Part shown: positions 27,922-37,752 of the stretch, in pieces
Numbering within the stretch: position 1 is the first letter of the stretch
How the letters are laid out: every line of letters starts with the position of its first letter
NCBI GenBank assembly: GCA_963727625.1
Contig: CAVSHR010000005.1
Span: 672,001-736,000 of the forward strand
Length of the DNA stretch: 64,000 nt
DNA from: an uncultured delta proteobacterium
GTDB lineage: Bacteria > Desulfobacterota > Binatia > UBA9968
Direction: 5' to 3'
The notes under the pieces: model-generated
Seen by the model: only the letters and a program-made list of their open reading frames with translations
Told to the model about the DNA's origin: nothing
Database searches by the model: none
Position numbers and translations under genes: made by a program

Positions 27922-28607
27922 ACGTTGAGTTCTTGATCGCGGGTCCATTCGAGGAGCTTTTTCTTGAGCAGTTGCTTGGAGGAATGCTCAAGCAAGAATA
28001 CGTAATGGGACAAACTGAGGGTGAAGGGATTGACGGATTTCCGAGACGGTGTCGCGGAAATCGGAATGGGAACGAATTTCGCAGACGGTGTCTGCGAAAT
28101 TGAGGGAAAGCGCTCTCGCCACGCTAGTCTCCTGGAACTGAAATCCATTGAATAAATCTCCCCTTGCCCCTCTTTGTCAAAGAGGGGTTTTCTGATGCCG
28201 TAGCCATAATCCCCCTTTGAAAAAGGGGGAAGAAAGGGGGATTTGAATGCGACTTGACCCGCGGCTATCGTTCTAGACTTTTTCGATGAACTTCGGGCTA
28301 GATAGAACTTTCGCATGTAGTCGAGATTTCGCTCCGAAAAGCCGCTTCCAAACTCTTCCGTCAACCGGGCCGACAACTCTTTCAGCAACTCCGTCCCATA
28401 AGCCGCCCGCTTTGCGCCTTTCTGTTCGTGCTCCACAATGCGCCGGCCGATCTCGAAATTGGTCATCACCTGAAAGGTATCCACGGCTGAAGCCACGCTT
28501 CGGCGAGCGGATTGATGAGTTCGCGGACCTCAGCGATGAGCGTAGCGAGACCGTCGAACTTGGCTATTACAGGCGCAGCTTTCTTGCCGGCCGACTTTCC
28601 TTTTCAT
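27918..28607 (-). pseudogene. DUF1016/YhcG-like gene, frameshifted and internally deleted
   Basis: FEIGRRIVEHEQKGAKRAAYG...GFSERNLDYMRKFY and LSLSHYVFLL jump straight to the C-terminal SKQLLKKKLLEW, so the nuclease domain is missing. ATGA overlaps with hsdM and hsdS. Confidence 0.8.
28154..28244. repeat. Two-hairpin REPIN-like element inserted in the DUF1016 gene
   Basis: AAATCTCCCCTTGCCCCTCTTTGTCAAAGAGGGG ... TCCCCCTTTGAAAAAGGGGGAAGAAAGGGGGATTT, flanked by GAAT on both sides. Confidence 0.8.
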
Positions 28608-30046
28608 CGCGTGAGAGCTTCCAGCAATTGCGCTTTCAAAGCGTTGCGAGTTTCCGCGATCTGGGCCAGCAACTTCTCGTATTCCGGCAGCAAATGATCC
28701 ACGTCGCCCGGGCCGGTGTCGGGGTTGTGCGGGTTCTTGAGATCGAGGTTGTAGTTGCCCGCCTTGATCTGATCGATCGAGACGCGCCAGGCCTGCTCGT
28801 TCTCCACTCGCTTGTCCCACCACGCCCGCTCCGGCTCGAATTCTTCGATTCGGATGGGTTTCCCCTTGTTGTAGCTCTTGGCGCCGGGCGGATAAGGGTG
28901 CTCGTAGTACCAGATTTCGGTTGTCGGCTGGCCCTTGGTGAAAAACAGCAGGTTAGTGCGGATGCCGGTATAGGGATTGAACACTCCATTGGGCAGCCGC
29001 ACGATGGTGTGAAGGTTGCAGTCGGTGAGCAGCGCTTCCTTGATCCGCGTCTTCACGCCCTCGCCGAAGAGCGTGCCGTCAGGCAGCACCAGACCGGCGC
29101 GGCCGCCGGGCTTGAGCAGCTTCATCAGCAGCACGAGAAAAAGATCGGCGGTCTCGCGCGTGCGGAACTCGGCGGGGAAGTTGGACTCGATGCCGTCCTC
29201 TTCCATGCCGCCGAACGGCGGGTTGGTGACGATGACATCGACGCGCTCCCTAGGCGACCAATCGCGCAGCGGCCGGGCCAGCGTGTTGTCGTGGCGGACG
29301 TTGGAAGGAACGTCGATGCCGTGCAAAAGCAGATTGGTCATGCACAGGATATGCGGCAGATGTTTCTTTTCGATGCCGGAGAAACAGTCCTGGATGAAAC
29401 TTTCGTCGGCTTCGGTCTTGGCCTGCTTGCGCAAGTGCTCGATGGCGCAGACGAGAAAGCCGCCGGTGCCGCAGGCGGGGTCGAGGATGATTTCCCGCTT
29501 GTCCAAGCGCGGGTTTATCTGCTCGACGATGAACTGGGTAACCGCGCGCGGCGTGTAGAATTCGCCGGCATTGCCCGCGGACTGGAGATCTTTCAGCAAC
29601 TTTTCGTAGATGTCGCCGAACATGTGGCGGTCATCGGAGGCGTTGAAGTCGATGCCGTTGATCTTGTTGATGACCTGGCGCATGAGGGTGCCGTTCTTCA
29701 TGTAGTTGTTGGCGTCCTCGAAGGTCATGCGGATCAGGCCGGCGATCTTGTTCGCGCCGCCTGTTAGCGACTTGAGCCTGGGGAGCAGCGTGATGTTGAC
29801 GAAGTCGAGAAGAGCGTCGCCGGTAATCCCCTCCTCGTCCGTGGCCCACGCGGACCAGCGCAGATGCTGCGGCAGCGGCGACTTGTAGTCGTCGCGGAGC
29901 AATTCGAGCTCCTGCTCGCGGTCGTCGAAGATTTTCAGAAAGAACATCCAGCCCAACTGTTCGAGGCGCTGGGCGTCGCCGTAGGTGCCGGCGTCCTTGC
30001 GCATGATGTCCTGAATGGTTTTGACGAGATTGGAAACGTTAGCCAT
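28604..30046 (-). CDS. hsdM: Type I R-M methyltransferase subunit
   Basis: GEFYTPR, ILDPACGTGGFL and catalytic NPPF. Intact, 480 aa. Confidence 0.95.
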   Translation of the reverse strand: MANVSNLVKTIQDIMRKDAGTYGDAQRLEQLGWMFFLKIFDDREQELELLRDDYKSPLPQHLRWSAWATDEEGITGDALLDFVNITLLPRLKSLTGGANKIAGLIRMTFEDANNYMKNGTLMRQVINKINGIDFNASDDRHMFGDIYEKLLKDLQSAGNAGEFYTPRAVTQFIVEQINPRLDKREIILDPACGTGGFLVCAIEHLRKQAKTEADESFIQDCFSGIEKKHLPHILCMTNLLLHGIDVPSNVRHDNTLARPLRDWSPRERVDVIVTNPPFGGMEEDGIESNFPAEFRTRETADLFLVLLMKLLKPGGRAGLVLPDGTLFGEGVKTRIKEALLTDCNLHTIVRLPNGVFNPYTGIRTNLLFFTKGQPTTEIWYYEHPYPPGAKSYNKGKPIRIEEFEPERAWWDKRVENEQAWRVSIDQIKAGNYNLDLKNPHNPDTGPGDVDHLLPEYEKLLAQIAETRNALKAQLLEALTR

Positions 30047-30049
30047 AGG

Positions 30050-32413
30050 TCATGCTGCTTTCTGATAGAGCGCGATTTCGAGCTCGCGGATCGCCGCGAG
30101 GTACTTTGCCTTGCTGCCAAAGGCTTTGATAATTTCCATCGGAGTGCCGAAGGTCGTAAGCGGATCGACTTTTAAAATATCCAGCGACTCGACGCTCTTG
30201 ATGCCGCCGTCGGCATATTTATCCAGGAGCGCGTTCAGGACGCCGCGCGCTTTCTTGCCGTACTTGGTAAAGACATCGCGCTTTTTTACCTGCTCGGCGC
30301 GCTCGCGCCGGGTGAGCGGCGGCTGCTCGAACGCAATATAGCAGACCAGATCGAAGGCATCGTAATCGCGGCCAACCTGTTCCGCCAGCTCGTCGAGAAA
30401 GACTCCCTGTTTGGCGAGCTCTTCGACGATCGCCTGCTTGCGCTCGGCGTCGCTCCAGGCGCTCAGAAATGCCGCAGCGACTGGTACTGTTGCAGCACGG
30501 TCTTCCGCGTGTAGTCCTTGAGCGTCTCGGTAATCAGCTTTCCGTCGCCGTCCAGATACTGAACTCGTTCGGAAACCACCGACACTTCCACGTCGTCGAC
30601 GTAATATTTGCTACGGCGCGGGCCGCCGTCAGGCCAGTGAGCCATCAATTGTAATTTCATCAGTGCTTGGCTGAACATCATCCGGGAAAACATCGCTTGG
30701 TTCGTCCGGAGGAACCGGCGATTGATCATCACTCGGTTCGTAGATTTGCACCGGGTCGCCGTCGAAATCGGGATCGGCGAATAGCTTGGTAGCGCCGCGG
30801 AAGTCCATGATGGTGAAAAAGAACTTGTTGTAATCCTCGTTGATGCGCGTGCCGCGGCCGATGATCTGCTTGAACTCGGTCATCGAATTGATCCGGCGGT
30901 CGAGGACGATCAGATGGCAGGTTTGCGCATCCACGCCCGTGCTCATCAGCCGCGAAGTTGTGGCGATCACTGGGAAAGTCGACTCGGGGTCGATGAAATT
31001 ATCGAGCTGCAATTTCCCCTCTTCGTTGTCGCCGGTAATGCGCATGACGTACTTGCTGTTGGCGCCGGCGAGATCCGGATTGGCGTTGACCAGCGCTTGG
31101 CGCATGCGCTCGGCGTGTTCGATGCCTTCGCAAAAGACTATGGTTTTGGCGAAACGATCCGTGGCTTTGAGAAACTCGGTGACTTTGGCGGCGACGATGG
31201 CAGTGCGTTTTTCCAGAACGAGGATGCGGTCGTAGTCCAGGACATTATATTCACGATCCTCGATTTCCTGGCCGTACCTGTCCGTCTTGCCCTTTTCCGG
31301 CCGCCAGCCTTCGAGGTCTTTGTCCAAGCCGATACGCACGACTTTATAGGGCGCGAGGAAACCGTCCGAGATGCCTTGGCGTAGCGAATAGGTATAAATG
31401 GGATCGCCGAAGTATTCGATGTTGGAAATCTCTTTGGTTTCTTTGGGCGTCGCGGTCATGCCGATCTGGGTCGCCGAGGAGAAGTAGGTCAGAATCCTGT
31501 GCCAGGCGGCATCGTCGGCGGCGCTGCCGCGGTGGCATTCGTCCACCACGACCAGGTCGAAGAAGTCCGGCGAGAACTGCTTGTAGATGTTCTGCTCTTC
31601 CTCGGTGCCGCTGACTGCCTGATAGAGAGACAGATAAATTTCAAAAGCCTTGTCCGCCGTCCGATGGGTAATCTTCGTCATCGCCTGACCGAACGGCTTG
31701 AAATCGTTGGTCTTGGTCTGATCGGCGAGAATATTGCGGTCGACCAGAAATAGAATGCGCTTCTTGGCGCCCGACTTCCACAGCCGCCAGATGATTTGAA
31801 AGGCGGTGTAGGTTTTGCCGGTCCCCGTGGCCATCACTAGGAAAATGCGGTTCTCGCCGCGCGCGATGGCTTCGACGGTGCGGTTGATGGCAACGAGTTG
31901 ATAGTAGCGCGGCGTCTTCCCGGTGCCGTCGTCGTAGTAGTCCTGCGTCGTGACGACTTCCTGCTCGGGCGTGTAACCTCTGGCCGCACGGTAACGGTCC
32001 CAGAGGCTGTCCGGCGACGGGAACTGGTCCAGCGGGATTTCCCGCTCCACTGTGCCCGCCCCGCCCGTTCGGTCGTGTTCGAGGAATGCATCGCCATTCG
32101 AGCTATAGGCGAACGGCACATCGAGAATCTCGGCGTATTCGAGCGCTTGTTGCATACCGGCGCCGACGGTCTCGTTATTGTCTTTGGCTTCGATGACCGC
32201 GATCGGAATGCCGGGCTTGTAGTAAAGAAGATAGTCAGCCTTCTTGGCTTCTCCGCGTTTCACCGTCCTGCCACGAACGATCACGCGGCCTTTGGTGAAA
32301 TAGACCTCTTCCCGAAGTTGGATCATCAAGTCCCATGCGCCGCTTGGTGGCACCAGCGCGGGAGTGATGAACTTAGTGCGGATGTCCGCTTCGGTGAGTT
32401 CTTTTTTGTTCAT
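30050..32413 (-). pseudogene. hsdR: Type I R-M restriction subunit (EcoAI/EcoEI-like) with two compensating frameshifts
   Basis: ADYLL...[18 protein letters not shown] and QIIGRGTR. A +1 shift at ~30640 and a -1 shift at ~30472 restore the original frame, which ends ...LEIALYQKAA* at 30050. Confidence 0.9.
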
Positions 32414-32644
32414 GGGTCGCGTCTGTGCTGCTACTACGCGGGTGTCGAGGCCTCACAGCTAAAGATCGCGTCGGATTGTGGATCGAAAGTCAGCGTAAAA
32501 TTTTTTCGTAGATTACTGCATCCGGCGGGTTTTCGGCAAGAGCGACGGTTAAAGGTGCGGGGTGGGTTCAATACCGCAGGATCGGGTCCGCGATGTCTGA
32601 TGTTAGCGGCGGATGAGGCCGCGACATTTTTTCATTGCCATCGG

Positions 32645-32968
32645 TCAGAACGAAAGCCAGGATAGAATAAGCACCAGCACGGCTCCGGCGATCATGCCGC
32701 TGACCGCGCTCTTGGTTTTACGCGCGATGACGACGGCGACGGTCAGAGCCAATACGCGCCGCGGCGCGGCGGCGGTTTCCAGACGAGCCCCCGACATGAA
32801 AAGTGTGACGGAAATAATGCTGCAAACCAGACCATAGGAAACGTAGCGCAACCAACGGTCCCACGCCTCGGGAAATTTCTGCCCGGCAAAAAGAAGCTGC
32901 GGCAAGGCGCGCATGGCGAACGCCATGAGCCCCATGATCAGGATGATTTGGACGCGCGTAATTTCCAC
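32645..32968 (-). CDS. AzlD-like membrane protein
   Basis: About 107 hydrophobic aa with AMRALP...WLRYV, downstream of and overlapping the azlC-like gene. Confidence 0.75.
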   Translation of the reverse strand: MEITRVQIILIMGLMAFAMRALPQLLFAGQKFPEAWDRWLRYVSYGLVCSIISVTLFMSGARLETAAAPRRVLALTVAVVIARKTKSAVSGMIAGAVLVLILSWLSF

Positions 32969-33684
32969 TCTTCTACCCCCCAAACCAGAGTTGCGACGAC
33001 GATCGCCATGATCAGCCAGCCCCAACCCGGACTGGCGAGCGCGCCGGGGAGCGCCGCAATCAAGCTGCCGGCGCAAATCAGCGGCATCGCCCAGCCTTTC
33101 ATTTCCACAACCAGCAAGCCGGCGAAATAACCGGGTAAAATAAATCGCAGCGCTTCGTCGTAATCCGAGGTAAAACCCAGCGCGACGCCGAATCCCGCGC
33201 CGGTCCCGACGACCCAAACAGTGAAACTGGTTACGCCGACGCCCAGGAAAAAAGCCAGGTTGCCGTAGCCACCGGGCAATCGCCCTTCTGCTGAATCAAC
33301 GCCAACCCCGGCTCGTTCTTTTTGAAATTGCAGGTACGGCACGATGAAGCTGCTGGCGCTGACCACTTGCGACGAAATCAGCAGTGGCAAACGCTTTACG
33401 CCGCGAAAGAACGGCGCCAGCGCCGTGCTCATCGGCAGGAATCGCAAATTCATGAGAAACCCCGCAACCAGAACTTGCAGCGCCGACATATTTTCGGCGA
33501 GCGGACCGAGCACGGCAAATTGCGCCGGCCCGGAATAAACCCAGGCGGACATGAGAATGACTTCATCAAGCGAGAGGCCGTGGCGCTGGGCGGCAATGCC
33601 CCAGGCGAGCGATGACGGCACGAAAGCGATCCAGATCGGAATCGCCGCTTTCATCCCCTGGCGAAAACGCCGTGCAAAAGACAT
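32938..33684 (-). CDS. AzlC family branched-chain amino acid exporter
   Basis: FRQGMKAAIPI, MSAWVYSGPAQF and LMNLRF. Confidence 0.85.
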   Translation of the reverse strand: MSFARRFRQGMKAAIPIWIAFVPSSLAWGIAAQRHGLSLDEVILMSAWVYSGPAQFAVLGPLAENMSALQVLVAGFLMNLRFLPMSTALAPFFRGVKRLPLLISSQVVSASSFIVPYLQFQKERAGVGVDSAEGRLPGGYGNLAFFLGVGVTSFTVWVVGTGAGFGVALGFTSDYDEALRFILPGYFAGLLVVEMKGWAMPLICAGSLIAALPGALASPGWGWLIMAIVVATLVWGVEEWKLRASKSS

Positions 33685-33867
33685 TCCTCTCGCTTAACGG
33701 AGCAAAAAGAAAAGATCAATCGGAGGCAAAAATTTGCCGGAATTCGACAGATGCAAATACTGGTCTGTGGGCCGGGACGGCCCGTAGAATAAAACTCGAA
33801 ACATCGCGATTTCAGATCGTGATCGCCGCTTTGCCGCGGCAACCGCGATCCTGGAATTGCAGAAAGA

Positions 33868-34707
33868 TCAGGTTGTCCGGTGAATTCCCGCGCCGGTCAA
33901 ATAATCGTAAAGATTGGCCACGTTCATCCGCATCACGCGCGGCGCCATGCCGTCTTGGCCGACATCCATTGGATATTTGTCGGTCAAGGCGGTTAGGCTT
34001 GCCATGCACCGTTCTTTATTCATCCCGGCTTCGATGCCGCGCCGCACGTAGTCCACCCACTCGCTAAGAAACGCGCCCTGCTCGTCCAAGTAGCGCTTAT
34101 CGCATACCGGTCCATGGCCCGGTACGAGCGTTTCCTCGTCTAGGGCGCGCAGCGATTCGAGCGCCGACAGCCAATGGTCCGGGTTGCCTTCTTGGATCCA
34201 GGTTTGCACCCGGCAAAAAATATTGTCGCTGGTAAACACGACGCCTTCTTCCTCGACGACAACGGCGGCTTGATAGGGCGTGTGGCCGGGCATATGGATC
34301 ATGCGAAAAGTATGATTGCCGACGTGCAACGTCATTCCTTCGTCAAACGTGATCACCGGCGCATTGGGTTTATAGTTTTCCAGCAGCTTGGGTTCCTCGG
34401 GCCCAAAGGAAGCCACGCGTGCGACATGGGCTGGCAGCTCGGTGGCCAGAATGCGCGCGCGCACACCTTCGTGTGCGACCACCGGCGTATCGAAGAAAGC
34501 GTTGCCGGTCCAGTGGTCGCCGTGGGGCTCGGTATTGATGATGTAGCGCAAGCGGCCGCGCCGCTCGATTTCGGTTTTAAGCCGGACCGCGTCGCTCGGC
34601 TTGTGCGGCGTATCGATCAGCACGATCCCGTCCGAGGTCACCACGATGCCGTGATTGGCGCCCTTCAGGCCGGTTTCCACGAATACGTTGCTGCTCAGCT
34701 GCTTCAT
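33868..34707 (-). CDS. Metallo-beta-lactamase-fold hydrolase (cyclase-like)
   Basis: INTEPHGDHWTGN, PGHT, FTSD and VPGHG. Confidence 0.88.
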   Translation of the reverse strand: MKQLSSNVFVETGLKGANHGIVVTSDGIVLIDTPHKPSDAVRLKTEIERRGRLRYIINTEPHGDHWTGNAFFDTPVVAHEGVRARILATELPAHVARVASFGPEEPKLLENYKPNAPVITFDEGMTLHVGNHTFRMIHMPGHTPYQAAVVVEEEGVVFTSDNIFCRVQTWIQEGNPDHWLSALESLRALDEETLVPGHGPVCDKRYLDEQGAFLSEWVDYVRRGIEAGMNKERCMASLTALTDKYPMDVGQDGMAPRVMRMNVANLYDYLTGAGIHRTT

Positions 34708-34774
34708 CAGTCACCTCGCGCTACAAGGCCGCAGATGCCCGCCGAATTCAGCCAGAAGCCCGAGACTTTTTAAC

Positions 34775-35767
34775 CTACTCTACTTTGTAGCCCAGCTCCT
34801 TAGCCACCTCGCGCGCGATTCGTGTGTCGGCAATTTCGTCCAGCGAAATCTTCTTGCCGGCAAACTGCCCGAGCATCTGCAGCGCCTTGACGATCTGTTC
34901 CATGCCCTGGCGGCTCGGCACGCCGTTGCCGGCGGCGCTGCGGCGGGCGTCCGCGAACATCTCTTCGCCAACTTCGCGGTCGACTCTTATCGTGCGCATG
35001 ATCAGATCGATCGCTTTTTCTTTCGACTGCAGTAAGGTTTTCTTGGCAGTTTGCAAAGAGAGAATCACCCGCTTAAGTTCATCGCTGCGGTTCTGAATCG
35101 CCGCATTCGATGCCGTAAGCCCGCCCAGTGGCATCTGCACATAATCGCCGATTTCTAATAACGCGCGAAAGCCTTTTTTCTTGGCGTGATAATTCAATGG
35201 CGAATTGAGCTGGGCAGCTTCGATGACGCCGCTTTCCAAGCCGCTCAACAGCTGCGGCGCCCCTAGCGCAACAAGCACAAAGTCTTTCGGATTTTCGCCG
35301 ACGGCTTCCAGAGCGATACGGAGCGCCACGTCCGACGTTCCACCTAGTCCGGTGAGGCCGATGCGTTTGCCACGCAATTCTTTGAGCGATTTAAATTCAG
35401 GCCGGGCCAGCACCGTGTAAATCAGCGACTCCGAAGCAAACCAAACGGCCTTAGAAGGCAAACCTCTGAGTGTTGCCGCCACCGAGTTGGGGCCGACTCC
35501 GGCGACGTAGTGAAGCTCGCCGCTGGCCAACGCCGAATTGGCCGCTTGCGAGCGCATCTGAATGCTTTCGACTTCGAGACCGTTTTGCTCGAAGATTTTC
35601 CACTGCTGCGCGGCAAACAAGGCCAGGCAACAGATCGACGTGTTGGGATACGAAATACGGATCCTGGTTCTACGCTCCTGTGCGGACCCCGGCACTGCGA
35701 GCGCAACAGCCGCCGCGATGATCGCTGCGGTCACTCCGAAGCGAGTTCCGTGATTCTTTGATCTCAT
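34775..35767 (-). CDS. NitT/TauT-type ABC substrate-binding protein
   Basis: Signal peptide, IFEQNGLEVE and LKELRGKRIG. Confidence 0.85.
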   Translation of the reverse strand: MRSKNHGTRFGVTAAIIAAAVALAVPGSAQERRTRIRISYPNTSICCLALFAAQQWKIFEQNGLEVESIQMRSQAANSALASGELHYVAGVGPNSVAATLRGLPSKAVWFASESLIYTVLARPEFKSLKELRGKRIGLTGLGGTSDVALRIALEAVGENPKDFVLVALGAPQLLSGLESGVIEAAQLNSPLNYHAKKKGFRALLEIGDYVQMPLGGLTASNAAIQNRSDELKRVILSLQTAKKTLLQSKEKAIDLIMRTIRVDREVGEEMFADARRSAAGNGVPSRQGMEQIVKALQMLGQFAGKKISLDEIADTRIAREVAKELGYKVE

Positions 35768-35788
35768 AATAAACCTCCTGAAATTTAT

Positions 35789-37585
35789 TTACCGCCCGTT
35801 GAGCCCAGCGGAATTAGCGGGCAGTTTCCCGCGTCCCCTGAGTTCCCGGGTCTCCGCTTCGTCAAATGCAAATTTTCTCCCGTTCTGCTTGATCACCACG
35901 CCGTAATCGCGGCGCGCGGCGTCTAAGGACACATATCCCGAGCGAACGTCCGCGAGCACGCGCTCCGGATCCCGTTCCAACGGATTCCAGAAACCGCCGC
36001 CACCGCCGACTTCGACAAGAAAACCGTCTTCGCAGGCAAGCGTCGCATGGCCGATCGTCTTGCCCGTCGGCAACCTTTCGATCGAGCCATCCTTGCGCAC
36101 GATGCTGAAACGATTTGCCTGCGCGTCCCTGCCGCCGTGCAGTCCCCAGGGCGCGCACTTGGTGCGCTCCATCGCCGACAGTACGCTCCCCGGCGCGAGC
36201 ATGCGCACCTCCTGGGCCACGCCCAGGCCGCCGCGAAATTTCCCCGCGCCGCCCGAATCCTGGCGCAATTTGCGATAAGAAATAAAAATCGGCCCTTTCC
36301 CTTCGCCCGCCTCCACCGGCGTGTTGTGGGTATCGCCGTCGTTGATGCAAAAAGTCGCGTTTTGCCCGTCGCGGTCATGCAGAGCGCCCCAGCCGCCGCC
36401 GGACAGCGTCTGAGGAAAATGAAAGGCCCGGCCGGTTTTCGGATCAAGGCCGAAGGTGCGCGGCGCCGCCAGATCGGCGTGATGGCCGGCGAGCACGTTT
36501 TCTGGACAGGCCGGCGCCAGCGCTTTGAAGATCGTATCGGCCACGGTCATCGGCACGGTCATCCAGGTGCGCACCGGCGCCGGCTTGGTCGCGCTCACCA
36601 CCCGGCCGGGGGGGAGAATGATCTTCAGCGGGCGAAACGAGCCTTCGTTGATCGGCAAATACAGCGGAGTAGTCAGAAATTTAAAGGCGACTTCGGAGGC
36701 CGAGCGGCCCGCGGTAGCGCCGGAATTGTACGGCCCGGCGACCTGCGGGCTCACCCCGCTCAAATCGACGGTCATCTCTGCGCCGCGCACTTCGACGCGG
36801 ACCTTGATCGGAATAGGTTTACCCAGATTAACGCCGTCGTCGTCCATGGAAGACTCGGCTTCGTAGACGCCGGCGGGAATTTTTTCCACCGCGGCGCGCG
36901 CCAGCTTCTCGCTTTGATCGAAGATCAACAGCACGCTTTCTTTAAAGGTCTCGGTGCCGTAGCGTTGCAGCAACCGCGTCAAGCGCCGCTCGCCGGTGCG
37001 AATGGCTGCGAGCTGAGCGCGAAAATCGCCCATGGCGAATTCGGGCAAGCGGCAGTTGTTGCGGATGATCGCCGTGAGCTCCGCGTCTTGCTTGCCGGCT
37101 TTAAAAATCTTCACGAACGGCATTTGCAGCCCTTCGGAAAAAATATCCCGCGTCACTGCGCCGAGCACGCCGCCGACATCCTGCCAATGCCCCATGGATG
37201 ATGAAAACGCGATCAATTCGCCGTCATAAAAAATCGGCAGCGTAAAAATCATGTGATTGAGATGGCTGCCCATCACCTGCGGATCGTTGGTAAGGAGGAT
37301 GTCGCCGGGAAAAATATTTTTTTTGCCCCAGTGCCTGAGCTTCGCCTTGACCGCATCGGACAAGCCGCGGATGAACATCGGCAGGCCAAGACCGATAGAG
37401 ATCGTGTTGCCGTCGGCGTCGAACAGGCCTACGGTAAAGTCCTCCGCCTCGTAAATGATCATGTTGTAGGCGGTGCGCATGAGGTTGGTCTTCATCTCAT
37501 CGGTGATCGCCACCACCGTGCTGCGGATCACTTCGGCGGTGAAGGCGTCTATTGTCGATGGATTTGGTGTCATCTCGGCGCTCAC
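35789..37585 (-). CDS. Hydantoinase B/oxoprolinase family subunit (copy 2)
   Basis: PGDILLTNDP..GSHLNH, HWQDVGG, DSGGAGKFRGGLG and GGGGFWNPLER. Confidence 0.92.
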   Translation of the reverse strand: MSAEMTPNPSTIDAFTAEVIRSTVVAITDEMKTNLMRTAYNMIIYEAEDFTVGLFDADGNTISIGLGLPMFIRGLSDAVKAKLRHWGKKNIFPGDILLTNDPQVMGSHLNHMIFTLPIFYDGELIAFSSSMGHWQDVGGVLGAVTRDIFSEGLQMPFVKIFKAGKQDAELTAIIRNNCRLPEFAMGDFRAQLAAIRTGERRLTRLLQRYGTETFKESVLLIFDQSEKLARAAVEKIPAGVYEAESSMDDDGVNLGKPIPIKVRVEVRGAEMTVDLSGVSPQVAGPYNSGATAGRSASEVAFKFLTTPLYLPINEGSFRPLKIILPPGRVVSATKPAPVRTWMTVPMTVADTIFKALAPACPENVLAGHHADLAAPRTFGLDPKTGRAFHFPQTLSGGGWGALHDRDGQNATFCINDGDTHNTPVEAGEGKGPIFISYRKLRQDSGGAGKFRGGLGVAQEVRMLAPGSVLSAMERTKCAPWGLHGGRDAQANRFSIVRKDGSIERLPTGKTIGHATLACEDGFLVEVGGGGGFWNPLERDPERVLADVRSGYVSLDAARRDYGVVIKQNGRKFAFDEAETRELRGRGKLPANSAGLNGR

Positions 37586-37617
37586 TCTGCCTTCGAAGCT
37601 AAGATCCTATCCACAAC

Positions 37618-37727
37618 GATTTTAGACTTAGGATTTTTGATTTTAGATTGTCGGACTGGCCAGGAGCGTGAATCTGAACAACTGTGTTCCTGTTCTTTTC
37701 GCAATCCAAAATCGAAAATCCAGAATT
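37618..37727. repeat. Inverted heptamer arrays (GATTTTA-like / AAAATCC-like)
   Basis: gattttagacttaggatttttgattttagattg ... caatccaaaatcgaaaatccagaatt. Confidence 0.75.
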
Positions 37728-37752
37728 TACGCTGCACGGAGAAAAATGACCA

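Noticed and set aside
28286-29767. 493-aa plus-strand ORF opposite hsdM, and similar long antisense ORFs (11422-12450, 36047-37201, 46378-47427, 47685-48857, 57202-58197)
   Set aside because: These are shadow ORFs expected from high-GC codon bias opposite well-supported genes, with no recognisable motifs.
30629-30631. TGA in hsdR as selenocysteine, given selABD in the genome
   Set aside because: Homology continues in a different frame after the TGA, so it results from a frameshift and not from read-through.
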